The notes under the pieces were generated by a model, which did not search any database, was not told where the DNA came from, and was given only the letters and a program-made list of their open reading frames with translations. From assembly GCA_002269645.1 (NCBI GenBank), contig NIVC01002568.1:59682-123681 (forward strand): a DNA stretch of 64,000 bases, given 5' to 3'. This DNA comes from Macrostomum lignano (Eukaryota). Of the stretch, positions 34,962-48,466 are shown piece by piece. Each line of letters begins with the position of its first letter. The first letter of the stretch is position 1. The position numbers and the translations under genes are program-made.

Positions 34962-37579
34962 AGTAAACTAGAACTATACCGCATTGACAGATATAAGAAT
35001 GTTGGTCTTAATTAAAAAAATGTCAATACTGTAATTTTTTTAATTAGTTAGGTCTATATAACAATATAGGCCTAATATAAATACTAAAATAGCAATGTTA
35101 CTATTTAGCAATTGCCACAGCTAAAATGTTTTAAATAGGCCTAGGGACCTATTGAACATATTTTATTATTTTATATAAATAAAACAAATTTAGACCCTAT
35201 TTAATTTGTTTATTCAGTATAGATTTTCGAATGGGCCTATTACTAGCAATTGCTTAGTTAAAACTTAAATAAAGGTAAAATAGATATTAAATTTATATGT
35301 ACGCTTAACTTTGCCTAGGCCTAGGCCTAGTCTTTTTTCTCATTAGCTAAGTGCTTAGATACTAAAACTACCATAGATAGTTTATATCCATCATATCTTC
35401 ATATCCATTGATCAAATAGATCAAATCAATCCCCAAAAGGATCTTCCTACTGTACTGCTCTGGCTAAATCTCTAAGCCCTATTCATTAATCCATATACTG
35501 ATATACACTACACTGCACTAGCAGGCCTACCTGACAGGCTGACACTAAGTGGTGAGTTTCAACCTATGTAACTAAATGGACTCAAAGGATCAAAAATAAT
35601 GTTTTTCTATAATGGGGCTTCTTTTATCATGAAAGAAAAATTAAAGTGATAAAAATGCTTAGGACGTAGATCCGACAAGTGCCATAAAGCCATGAATGAA
35701 TTATTTAGCAAAGGATTCTAAGAAATCTGCGCGCAAACCTGAATTTCCCTTTAAAAAACAACAAATCAATTTTTTTGGGAAAATGAAGCCATTTGGCTTT
35801 CAGTTTTTTACTTTTGTTGAAAAATGAATCAGCGGCTACTATTTTCGGGACTTCGTGCAGGCTGAAAGTTGGCCCCAAAATGCATGTCCAAAGTGGAATA
35901 AGGTAAGTCTCAGAAATTTAGAAATTCTCAAAATTCTAAGATGCAGGAGAGGAGATAATGCGATAGATAATGCGACACATTAAATGCAATAGGGACGCAT
36001 CAGGATTAGCAACGGAATAAAAACAACTGGTTTAAATTAAAAGACATTTGTTGTGAAGTGAGCTGTACGTGAACACTGGACAAATCATTTACACATGTAC
36101 ATGTATGTACACTGTATAGTACTTCTATTTCCATGATCGTAAATTTACGAGTACGTGTACATGTACTTCCCGAAGCAGTTTGCGGTGACAGCGAGCGTGT
36201 CTCGTGGTCAAAGACCGTCTTGCTCTATGTTTTGTTAAACATTGGGGGCTTCTATTTCCTGTCGATAATATTAGCTGACGGCCGCAACCCGCAAGCAGAT
36301 TTTACTCGTGGCGATGTAATATATATAATAGTGCATTTCGAGCTGTTACCTTTTGTTGGTGTTGGAGGTTTTTGCTGCTTTTGGTCTTCGGAATTAGTTC
36401 AAACCTTCCGACCCCGTATCCGAAAGCCTGCCGCTAACAGAAACAGCTATAGCTCACAGACCACCGAATACCTATCGGGCCAAACAGATCAAGTCACATG
36501 CAGCTTCACCGCCACATCGCTGTCTCAAAGCGTCACGCCTCCCCGCTACTTAATTAGATGCTGCACTGGATAGGTGTTGTTGCATGTTGTGTATTTTTAA
36601 TACCTCATTTAAGATCGTAAGATTAACTAAGTAATGTCTCTGGGAAAAGTTTCTTTAGGGTTGTGCATGGGGTAAAATATTTACAGTCAGGTAAAGCAAA
36701 AAAACAAAAAAATTCCCTCAATCTGTTCAGTCTGTAGTTAATAAATTTTTTTTGCATCCGTATCGTCTAAAAAGCAGCACGGATTTGCAAGACAGGGCGT
36801 GTCCGGGTCTGCTTGCACGTTGCTCTCGCGGCTACAAGGTACTACATGAATATCAAAGTAAAAATATTAGAATCAGCTTTGCTTTTGCTTTCTTATCTTG
36901 GATGGAAAGGAAATTATATTATCGTCTCTGTATAAAACAAATAGAAGTGTAAAATATCCAAGCTGGTATGGTAATACTGGTAGTGCAGAGATGTAATGCA
37001 GTCGCTACTGAGTAGTGTATAGTCGCTACTGACTGCGCGCAGTACAGCAGACGTACGTACCCCGCGGGTTATCAATTTAAAGTACCTTATTTTGCTTGCC
37101 TATTCGCATCAAAGCAAACTTTTTTACTGCGACGCAGAAAGCGCAAATACGAGCGTAGCGCCATGCCAGTACATTCGGAGGTGTACGTACACAGGCATAT
37201 CGCATACTGTACTGGGCATGAGTATTTTTTCTGTCCTCTCTGACTGAGGGCGGGGGGATGCTGTCTCTGTACAAAGTTTGGATTTATAGTGTGTCACATT
37301 CAACTGATTGGCAAAAAAGTATTACGTTCGTTTAACTGTAAAAATTCTTACCCACAATTAATTATAAGCTCGTAGGAGATCAGCTTACTCTGTGGGTATT
37401 TAAATTTTGACACACTGCTTGCCGAAGCATGTCAAGTGTAAGTAATCTAGTTGAAACCTTGATTTTTTAACAAGGTACCAAATCATTTGGTTAAAAATGT
37501 TGTATAAATCATATGTAAGACTGCATAAAAAGCTACGTGTAAATATTTTCATGTACGACAGCTGCCCCTTCTCTTTCAG

Positions 37580-40500
37580 AGACCCCCACCACTACAGGAT
37601 TTCGAACGAATGCTCCGGGAGCACCTGGAGGAGCTCATGGAGGGAGTTCAAAAAAAGCGGAAAGATGCCAGTTCCACCAGCAGCAGCGAAGATCCGACTT
37701 CACCAGCAGTTAAATCCTTTCTGAAGGCGGCTGCCTCCGGTGATCGTCGGCGGTGCCTGTCCTTCATGGATGGCGGCGGCGACCCAAGCGCTCGAGGCAA
37801 AAAGAGTCTTACCGCACTGCACCTTGCAGCACATGAAGGACACACGGATGTGATCAGGGAGCTGCTAAGACGAGGAGCGGAAATCGATGCCACAGACGAA
37901 GATGGTGATACGCCACTCATATCCGCCGTCATCAACAAAAAGCAGGAGCCGGTCGAACTTCTCATTGAGAAGGGGGCCAATGTGGCTCACATCAACAACA
38001 AGGGCCACACAGCAGCGGATATCGGTCTGATGAAGAGGAGTCTTGTTATCGTCACAACACTGGAGAACGTCAGGCGCTGCCTGCAATTCGACTCGGTGGT
38101 GCACGAGAAGACCCTCATGACCGCTGCGCAGGAAGGTAACGTAAGAATTATCGACTTCTGGTTGAAGAATCACCCGGACCGCAAAGCCTGCAACCATAAG
38201 CTCGTCCAGAGCCGCACAATGGCGTTTATTGCCGCTCTAAATGGGCACCTGGACATTATGCTTCTGCTGAACAAGTACAAGGCTGACTTTGAGCTCACGG
38301 ACGATCGTGGACACACGCCACTGTTTTGCGCTGCTCAAAACGATCACTTTGAAGTCGTAAATTTCTTACTGGAGAAGCGCTGCAACATAAACCACACGAG
38401 CATCACTGGTCGAACTCCGATTTTTTCGGCAGTGAACAACGGGCACGACGACATTGTGCGGCTGTTAATTCGCAGTAACGCGAATGTCAACCAGGCAGAC
38501 GAGGAGGGAACAACGCCACTAGAGTGCGCAATCAAGCAGGGCTCTTTGCCCATCTTCCACATGCTCATTGATGCAGGAGCTCGGATTGATCACATCGAGT
38601 TTAACGGCTATGACTTCGCCATGATTGCGGCTTCAAACCAGCAGGTCGACATGCTTAAAGAGCTACGCGCAATGGGCTTGTCAATGAAGCAGGTCAACAA
38701 GAAGAATGGTGAAACCGCACTCCTTGGTGCCTGCCAGGTGGGTCCTGAAGAATCGGTCGGCTTTCTGATCTCCGAGGGCAGCGATCTGAATCATCAGAAC
38801 AAGCGCGGTGTGTCTCCTGCTTTGAGGGCTGCCTACAACGGACATTTTGTGATCCTGATGGCTTTGGGAGAGTCTGGAGCTAAACTGGATTTGCCGAACA
38901 AAATAAATGAGACCGCCATTTTATGCGCGGCACAGAAGAGCTCCGTTGACATGGTTCAATACCTACACGGAAAAGGGTGCAACATCTCCGTGAAGGATGA
39001 CAACGGCAAGACTCTGGCTTGGTACGCAGCAAAAGAGGACAACATAGAGCTTCTTGAGTTCCTAGCTAAAGTGGGTGCTCCTCTGGATACTCCGGACACC
39101 GATGGCAACACGCCATTGATGCGGGCTGTGAAGGCGGACGCGAGCCCCGAGACAGTGCGATTTCTCATGAGCCGCGGCTGCAGTGTGGGCAAGCCGAACC
39201 AGAAAGGGGAGAACGCTGTGGATATCGCAAAGAAGCGCAATCACGAAGAGCTCCTGAAGGTTCTGCAGAAATCTGGTTCCCGCGAAAAGCCAAGTCCAAG
39301 TAGAAGACCTGGCGGCGCCAATCAGAGACAGGAGTAATTTTTTTGCTTTTTTATGCCTTTAAAATTATGTTCACCTGTGTTATGTATTCAATGATATCCA
39401 AAAATCGCATTTCTAGGTCCACAGAGGATCATCTGGACGCCACATTTACAGACTGGGACTACATCTATGATGAGAGACGTAAGAAAAAGTTGATCGGCGA
39501 AGGGAACTTCGGCAGGGTCTACGAGGCGCACACAAACAAGGGCCAAACAATTGCAGTGAAAGTAACCAAGCTCAAGGGTGCCAAGAACGATAGAGTCGTT
39601 CAGAAAGCCATCGACTTGGAGATGAAAGCCGTTGAAGTTTTGAAGGCCATTCGTCACCAAAATATAGCCATCTTTTTAAAGTCCGAACAGAAGGATGGAG
39701 CCGTATACGTCTTCACTGAGTTGATTGACGGCATGAGTCTGGCTGACCACTTGAAGGATCGGCAGTCTTTTGAAGAGTCGGAAATCAGAAGCTATGCTTC
39801 CCAGGTAAATATGTAGATTTATATTTTTGATGGTGATGCTGATGTTGAATAAATCACAGAACTGATTAACCATGCTTGACATGCTTCTTCAGATTTGTTC
39901 AACGCTGGATTTTCTGCATACACGCAAGCCTGCAATTCTGCACAGGGACATCAAATGCTCCAACATTATGTTGACAAAGCGGGGTGTAATCAAGTTGATT
40001 GATTTCGGACTCGCTAAAGAGATCGTCACTTCAACAATCGCAGCAGTGACTGAGAGCCAGTGCGGCACCTGGTATTACCTTGCTCCGGAACTGTTCAGCA
40101 GCCAGGCGCATGTTTCCTACACACCTAAGACGGACATCTGGGCGTTTGGGTGCACTATCTTCGAAATGGCAGAAGGCGAGCCTCCAAACAGAGACAAGAG
40201 GGAACAGCAGATTCCCAATGTGCTCAAGGAAATGCAGGAAATGCCTCTGCCATCAAAAAAATACTCTTCTGACATGCGCGAATTTTACCGTCACTGTGTG
40301 GCGAAGAATCCTGAGCAGAGGTTCACCTCAACTGAGCTTCTGAAGCACCGGTTTCTGCGAAATGTCGAGAGGCCCAAAGCTGCAGCTGGGGCTGGGGCTG
40401 GGGCTGGTGCTAGGGCTGCGTCCGAACCCGCCGCACATTATCTCGACCCCAACTTCACAAAGTGGGACATCATCTGTGACGATGACAACAAGAAGAGGCC

Positions 40501-41381
40501 CATCGGAGAGGGTGGCTTTGGCAAGGTTTACAAGGCCTACACAGATAAGCACCAGTTCGTGGCTGTAAAGATTGTCACAATGAAGGGCAACGATCCCAAG
40601 AGGTACAAAAGAGCAATCGAGCAGGAAAGGAAAGGTATAGAAATTTTGAAGACCGTCCGACATCCGAATATCGTTGTGTTCCTAAAATCCGAGCTCGATG
40701 ACAGTGGTCAGTTCTGCATCTTCACTGAACTCATCGCCGGAATCAGCCTCTTTGATTTGATGAAACGGCAGAGGAAGCCGTTTGAGGAGTCCGGAATAAA
40801 GAAGTTTTCTCAGCAGGTAACGCTGCACCTGAGTAGCAATATTAGTAGCATGAAATAACTAAATTATTTTTATGAAAACACATCAAATCAGCAAATATTG
40901 GTTCACTTCACAGATTTGCGCGGCCCTCAACTTCCTGCACAGACGGAGGCCGGCCATCCTGCACCGGGACATTAAGTGTTCCAATGTAATGCTCACTCAT
41001 GAGGGCATTGTCAAGCTGATCGACTTCGGCCTAGCTAAAGAAATCACCACATCGAAAATTGCCTACATCAGCATGAACCAGTGCGGCACTCCCTACTTCA
41101 TGGCGCCAGAGCTGCACAGCGCGGAGGGCAACGCCCAGTACACACCCCAGTCCGATGTGTGGGCCTTCGGCTGCACCGTTTTCGAGATGGCAGAAGGCAA
41201 GCCGCCGAACAGCCACCTGCTGCCAATGCAGATCCCACGCTTCTTCCACAAGTACGAGATGCCCGACATTTCAGCAAAAGTGTCCAATGAGCTGCGCAAC
41301 TTCTACCGCTGCTGCGTTGTAAAGGAACCCGAGGCGAGGATGGATACCACCGACCTCCTGGAGCACGCCTTCCTTGCCTAA
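37580..41381 (+). CDS. Ankyrin-repeat protein with two tandem Ser/Thr kinase domains (STE11/MAP3K-like); exons 37580-39333, 39417-39804, 39893-40816, 40914-41381; 5' end uncertain (in-frame ATG at 37610)
   Basis: About 16 ankyrin repeats. The intron GA|GTAATT...TTTCTAG|G joins them in frame to kinase 1 ([30 protein letters not shown]) and kinase 2 ([30 protein letters not shown]). 1167 aa from ATG 37610. Confidence 0.88.
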
Positions 41382-41553
41382 GTTGGGCCCTCACTTTTTC
41401 AGCAGCAACAGAGTTCAACTATAGCTATCTGTTGAAGCACAATTCCATGAGATTTTCTGGATTTATTATACAAGTGGAAAAGTATTCGAAAAAAACTAAT
41501 TCCCAGGTGTCAACTTATTTGACTCGTAGTTTTTACATCTGCTGTGAAAAATC

Positions 41554-42800
<1,247 letters not shown>

Positions 42801-43939
42801 ATCGAGACAACTCCTTTTTAGTATATTTTGAGATTACTAGCTATTGTAAAGTTTTCTACAAACCAATGTGTAGCCACCGGCACCTTTGAATTAATTGGTA
42901 TTTTTCAGATCTGGTCATTTTCGGCCAGCGTTCCCCAACTTACAGTCTGATTTCTTTCCTGATATTGTTGGACATATGACCATGTCAAATCTTTGTCTAG
43001 TAATACTAGTATGCTTTTTTAGAAATTCTTTGTTTGAACAAGGACCACTAGAAAGTTTCGTCAAGGATGTCGCAACACTCACGAATTGTAAATGTTTTTG
43101 AAGGTGGGATTTAGCGAGCATAAGTGCAGATAGTTTTCTAGTTTGCAGTCATACTGAAATTTTGCAGACGGGCACATAATCTGCAGGCAATTTCGTATTC
43201 ATTAATATGCATCAATACAGGTGATTCTATGGTTTTGGCTTTTTTACTTTAATTTGAACTTGAATTGTCTCCTACTTGACAATTGAACTTGAATTGAACT
43301 ACGCATTTTGTGAGTGTTGCGTCCTTCTTAGCTTGTCCTTGGTTGCACCTAAGAGAATTTGCTTATCGTCCCATCTCCCCAGCAATTCCGACACTGCTCC
43401 ATTTTGTTCTGCATTATTAATCTGATTCGCTATAACAGCCTTTATTAACAAAGCCATCTGATTCTGTCTGAATCTTTTGCTCTCCTTATGTTTTTATTCA
43501 CGACTATTGTGGTGTTCGCCAGATATAATACTCCGATTTATGCTCGTAGCTGATGTTTCGCTGTGCGCGCGTGCGTACTCGCGAAATAATGAGAATACGA
43601 GCGTAGTAAATCGCGAGAATATATTACTCTGCGTCCTACTAAAATATTTTCTCCCCAGCGATTGATTCCTCGGTAAAATTTTCTTTCAATAAGCGATAAG
43701 TAAATTTTTTCATGACTTGTCAAGTATTTGCCAGAAAAGATTTAGGTAGCCGAATTCGGTTTTATGAAATTTGCTTGGTGTAGGACTACCAAATATAATG
43801 GGAAACTTAATGCCAAATTCTCGCACAGGCTTAATTTAAACTCTTTGTATTTCATAAAACCCGTATTTTTCATTCACGTATTAACTTAAGTGATGCAGAG
43901 ACTTCTAAGTTTACTTTAGAGCGAGGATACCTGCTCTGG

Positions 43940-46900
43940 TGGCCTCGAGAACTCGAACTCCGAGTAAGAGGCCTAAGCTGTTCTCATTCAAACGCACTCA
44001 AAGGCAACGCATGACGATGCACAACCGTCTGAGGACCAACCGCGCCGGTGGGTCCCATGGTAACCTCAACATGCGCACAAAACCGTATCTGTTAGATGGG
44101 CTTGCATCATGCCATTGGGTCTTCCAGAAGCTGACCCACACACTTGATGCGTGTTTGATTCGAGTACTTTATACCCATTAACCAATCACACCACAACAGC
44201 AAATGAGACGAACAGCAGGCAGGCAAAGGTCTATGGCCCGAAGCAGCGCGAGAGGTGGGGAAAGCGACCCCAACCCCGAAAAAAGGAGGAGTAAAGGAGA
44301 GAACAGGAAGATAAAAGCAAGGAGGCAGCAAAAGTAAGCGAAGCCAGGCCACGAACGCCAAGGTAAAACGCCAAAGGGTAAAAAAAAACGAGCGAGTAAG
44401 CAGTCAAGAGGCCAGGCAGGCAGCGATCCGCCTAGCTGCTGTCCGACGGCGGGCAAATGACGCCTCATCAGAGAAATACCGAAAGACGCAGTCTGAACGC
44501 CAGTCGCCTATGCAACGGATGTCGGCGATTGAGAGGCCTGACTGAAAGGCAGCGCTGGCCCCCCCCCTCTACGCAGACTGTGACCTGAGAAGCCGCACTC
44601 ACCAAAACCGCACAGAGACATGCCCCGCTTTAGGAGCCGGATGAACATAGCGGCAGACAAGAGAGTCCGGCCGCGGCTGCCTAGGGCAGAAAACAGGGGC
44701 TGCTGCGACGCGTAGATTTGATTCTCGCGCAGATGAGTTGCTAGTGCGGAAGCGGGACAGATAAGCAGACATTCAGAGGCCTGCGGCAGAAAAACTTCCA
44801 GTTGCCGCTCCTTGAATTGGTTTGTCTTTTACCTGTTGAGCACCAGCCGCAGACCACCGGGGCACGCTGATAGGCAGCTCCAGGGAAGAGCGTCCACAGC
44901 GGTGGATGGTAAGAGCTCGCCGAGCCTAAGGACTCCCCACGAGGCCACCTGCAATGCTGCCTTGAAGGCGGCCAGAAGACGGGGCGCCAGCGAATGACGT
45001 AGCTCGGTGGAGCTGCAGAGCAAGCGGAGGTGGCTGGGCTTCAGCAGCGTCGCACGCCAAGACTGCCGGCTCAGAAGATGCCGAGCCCCGCGACACACGA
45101 GAGCCAGGCGAGAGCTGCCCTTGGTCAGGTCTGGCGACGCGGAAGCCCTATGAAGGAAAGACACCGCGCTGAGGCTTGACTGCACACTGGAGTAGGACGC
45201 CGGTCCACGTTGTAACAGGAACGAGACAAATTGGCAGACATCAGACTCGGAGGCGGCGGTCGCAGGAATTCGACGCTGCCGGCAGAATTCGTTCCAGACT
45301 TGTAAGTGGCTCGCATAGGACTTCCTGGAACTAGGCGCTAGTGACAGGCGGCACAGAGCGGACACAGACACGGTGGAACGGAGCGGAGCGCGGCTGCGAC
45401 CTGTGAATAAAGAGGGTGCGAGACACGGCAGAAATGGTGTGGGAAGCAAATTCGAAAGGGCAAATGCATAAAGAGCCGTAAAGACGGCAGCAAAAATAAA
45501 TGAGCTCTCTGCTCGAGCCCCCCCATTCTAGAAGCGGAGTCGCTCAGCAGCTGCATCTGACCAGGAAGGTGGAACGCCTGGAGCTGAATTCCCGACGTGA
45601 GGCACACGAGAGCAACGGTCTGATAGATGCGAATGAGCAGAGGATGCCGACAGGACAGCTTATTGACCATGCCATTATTGAGCAGTGCTATCCGAGTAAA
45701 TCACAACGCGGCTGTTCCTAAGCTGCTCGCGGAAGCGCAGGATGGTAAGCAGCGGAGCCAGCGCCTCTTTGTGGTTGATGCGAAGGTCGCGGAACTTGCT
45801 CTCGAAGTCCTTCTCCCAGCTGAAGTACGTCCAGTCATTGAATTCGCTGCCAAAGACGATGCCAGCAGCACCCTCGCAACTGCTATCAGATTCGATGGCC
45901 ACAAGTTGACGAAAACGGGGGCGAATGACCGTCGGCGGCAGAGAACTCACGACGCGCAGCCACCAGAGGAAGAGGTTGCGAAGCTCAGATGGCAGCCGGG
46001 TGTCCATTCTGTAGCTGAGGATGTCGAAGAGCGGACGCAGGAAAGGATGCAAAAGCCTGTTGATCTGGCTGAGCCAGCACAGCTTTCGGGCCAGTTTTTC
46101 GAGCTGCTTCAGCTTAACAACGTCACGTGACAGGCAATCGTTCAGCAGTTTCCTAATGTCGTCTTTCTTGTTGCTTGGAAGTGACAGAGTGTCGTTCACA
46201 ATGTCAACCAGCACGCCGAGAAACACAACGTGTTGAGCTGGAGCCACGGTCTTCTGCCGGTTGATGTCGAAGCCTAAGTTCTGCAGTAGCTTAACCAGAT
46301 AATTAAAGGCCTCCTGAGCCGCTTCTTCAGTATCAGTGGCTACTGCCCAGTCGTCCAAGTAGTTGACGGTAGCTGTGAAGCCAATGCTGAGCATGTGGCG
46401 CTTGATGCCGGCCAATAAGCGATGGAAAATTTCACATGACGCTCGAGCACCAAAGGGCAACCGGGTGTCAACGAGTACCGAGTCATCGCTGTCGGCAGCA
46501 AACCGCCAGCTGAGGCCCGTGAGCACCTGGTCGTCTGGGTGAATACCGACGGAACGATAGGCCTGCTTGAGGTCGATTTTGCCGATAAACGAGCTTGGGC
46601 GAAGATAGCGGTTCAAGTCTTGGACAGAGGCGAAGCGCAGCCCCTTTCCTGCTCATAGCTGTCGTTGACGGAGGACCCCGAAGGTCTAAAAAGGTCATGA
46701 ATGACCCGGACACTGCCGTCAGATTTTGGAATCGCCCCGATGGCGTTCATCATGACAGGGCCATTGGCGAGCTGCAGGCGGCCGAGACGGAGCTCCTCGG
46801 CGAGCTGTTCATCAACCTGCTTGGCTTGGTCCAAGGCTGAGCGGTAGTTGGCGGAGCAGGCAAGAGAAGGCGGCGACCTATTGACGAGCCGAAAGCCGTA

Positions 46901-47450
46901 ACTAAGGCCGCTGCGAAAAAAATTTTCGTCTTGGTCACCCAGAAGCAGCGGCTCCCAGGCGGCAAGGTTGATGTTGGACGACAGAGCGCGGCGCGGTGGA
47001 GAGAGCAGGGTGGGAGCAGGGCAATGAGCAGAGGGAGGCAAGATAAAAGGCGACGGCAAACGGGGGTTAAAAGCAGGGCGGCTATAAAAAAGATCTAGTT
47101 TTTTGCTCCCTCCACAGCGTCGCCGCCGACGCCGGCCGGTCGCAGTCGCGCAGCTTGCAGACGTGACGGTACCTACAGGAGGACCGCTGGCAGCCGGCAG
47201 GGGAGTTGTAGCTTAGGCAGATGGGAGCTTGCGACTGGTTGGATGCTGGTCTGCTCAGGGTGACTTTTAAGTTTCTTGGTGCGTCAAGGTGTCGGTGGTA
47301 CAGCTGTGGAGGCTCGCAGCCCCATTGATGCGAATCCGAGTCTGCGATCAACTTTCTGTAATCCTCATCGAATTCCCACACGACACTTGGACTGTAGTTA
47401 GCGTCTAAGAGCTCGCCGATCTCCCCCACCCCACGGGGGGTAGAGAGGAC
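43940..47450 (-). mobile_element. Tyrosine-recombinase retrotransposon, Ngaro-like, degenerate and 5'-truncated: gag C-terminus, RT, RNase H, YR (45449-44404)
   Basis: Gag Zn finger CLSYN..AGC...CRYRHVC; RT GAIPKSDGSVRVIHDL, KIDLKQAYR, LPFG, YLDD; RNase H ESDSS...HKEAL...DS...SDSASR with no methyltransferase domain after it; YR LRLGE...*KTNQ...GHSLRRGG...GDWRS..FRY. Frameshifts near 46615 and 45675, and a TAA at 44829-44831. The 3' boundary is approximate. Confidence 0.92.
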
Positions 47451-48466
47451 GGCGCACAAAGGCGGCACAATGTACAGCGCGAGGGGTGGATGGCTAACAC
47501 CCATTTCACTCCAGGCTCACAAAAGAGCCTAAGAGAAATGGAGGCAGCAATTGCTGCATTTTCAACCACGGGATGGCAACTTATCACTGACTGTGATGCC
47601 AATGACATTAAAATGGGCTGTATTCAGGAGGGCATTGTACCAAACGGGGATAGCCACATCCTGGACGTTGGCGTCAACCAGGGAAGTCATGGAATTCACT
47701 GCGTACTGACGGCTCGCTGCTTTAGTGCTGACGTCTCAAAGAAGATCTTTTGGGGAGCTTGCGTCTTAGTGAAAGCAGTGCGGTTCGTCCCATTTACCTC
47801 ACAAACAGGGGCAATCCGTGTGAATTCACTTTTTATCTGACAGTAAAGTTTGTCAGCATTTAAATAGTTAAAGAGGTTTCTATCAAGTCGACTGTTTCAA
47901 TGGCTGCAGGATCACTATGAGTCTTGGGTAACGAGGCGCCCAGGAAGCCTAAATGTGCCCAATTCAGCTAAAAGATCCTTCAACACTGTACAAACTGACA
48001 GACAGAACAGTGACTGTCTGAGTCTGAGTAGGGGAGTTGCCGGCATCTTGGCTCCCCACTAACTGCCTTCTAGAGGATGCCGGTGACCCTGAGATTTTGA
48101 AATTCTATTAACCAGCTGGAAGCAAGAAAAAAAAGAACTTATAAGTTAACACATTTGTCTGATTATTTTTTTCCTTTCAGCCGCTGACAAGCATCTGTGG
48201 TGCTGAATACTGTATTTTGCATATCTAAGTCTCTGTGCCCATCTGCATCCTGCGTGCGTTTTACCGCTAAAGCGTGCAGCTGGTTAGCTGTGATTCGGAG
48301 CTGGAAAATGTAACAGTCAGCGGTGTGCAAAGTGGCTTCAAAGTTCATTTATTTTGGCTTGTACATGTCTGGATACAAAATACTCATATTCAAACGTCCC
48401 ATATCAAACGAAATCAATCAAGTTGCCAAGTTGCATGTCTGGCATGAGCTCTTTAGTCTTCAGATT

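Noticed and set aside
36985-37270. hAT-like MITE (CAGAGA...TCTCTG ends)
   Set aside because: The terminal match is only ~6 bp and there is no 8-bp TSD.
45475-45488. GCCGTAAAGACGG resembles, from memory, the 5' end of the Macrostomum spliced leader
   Set aside because: Only ~13 nt match, the rest of the leader and an Sm site are absent, and it lies inside the Ngaro element.
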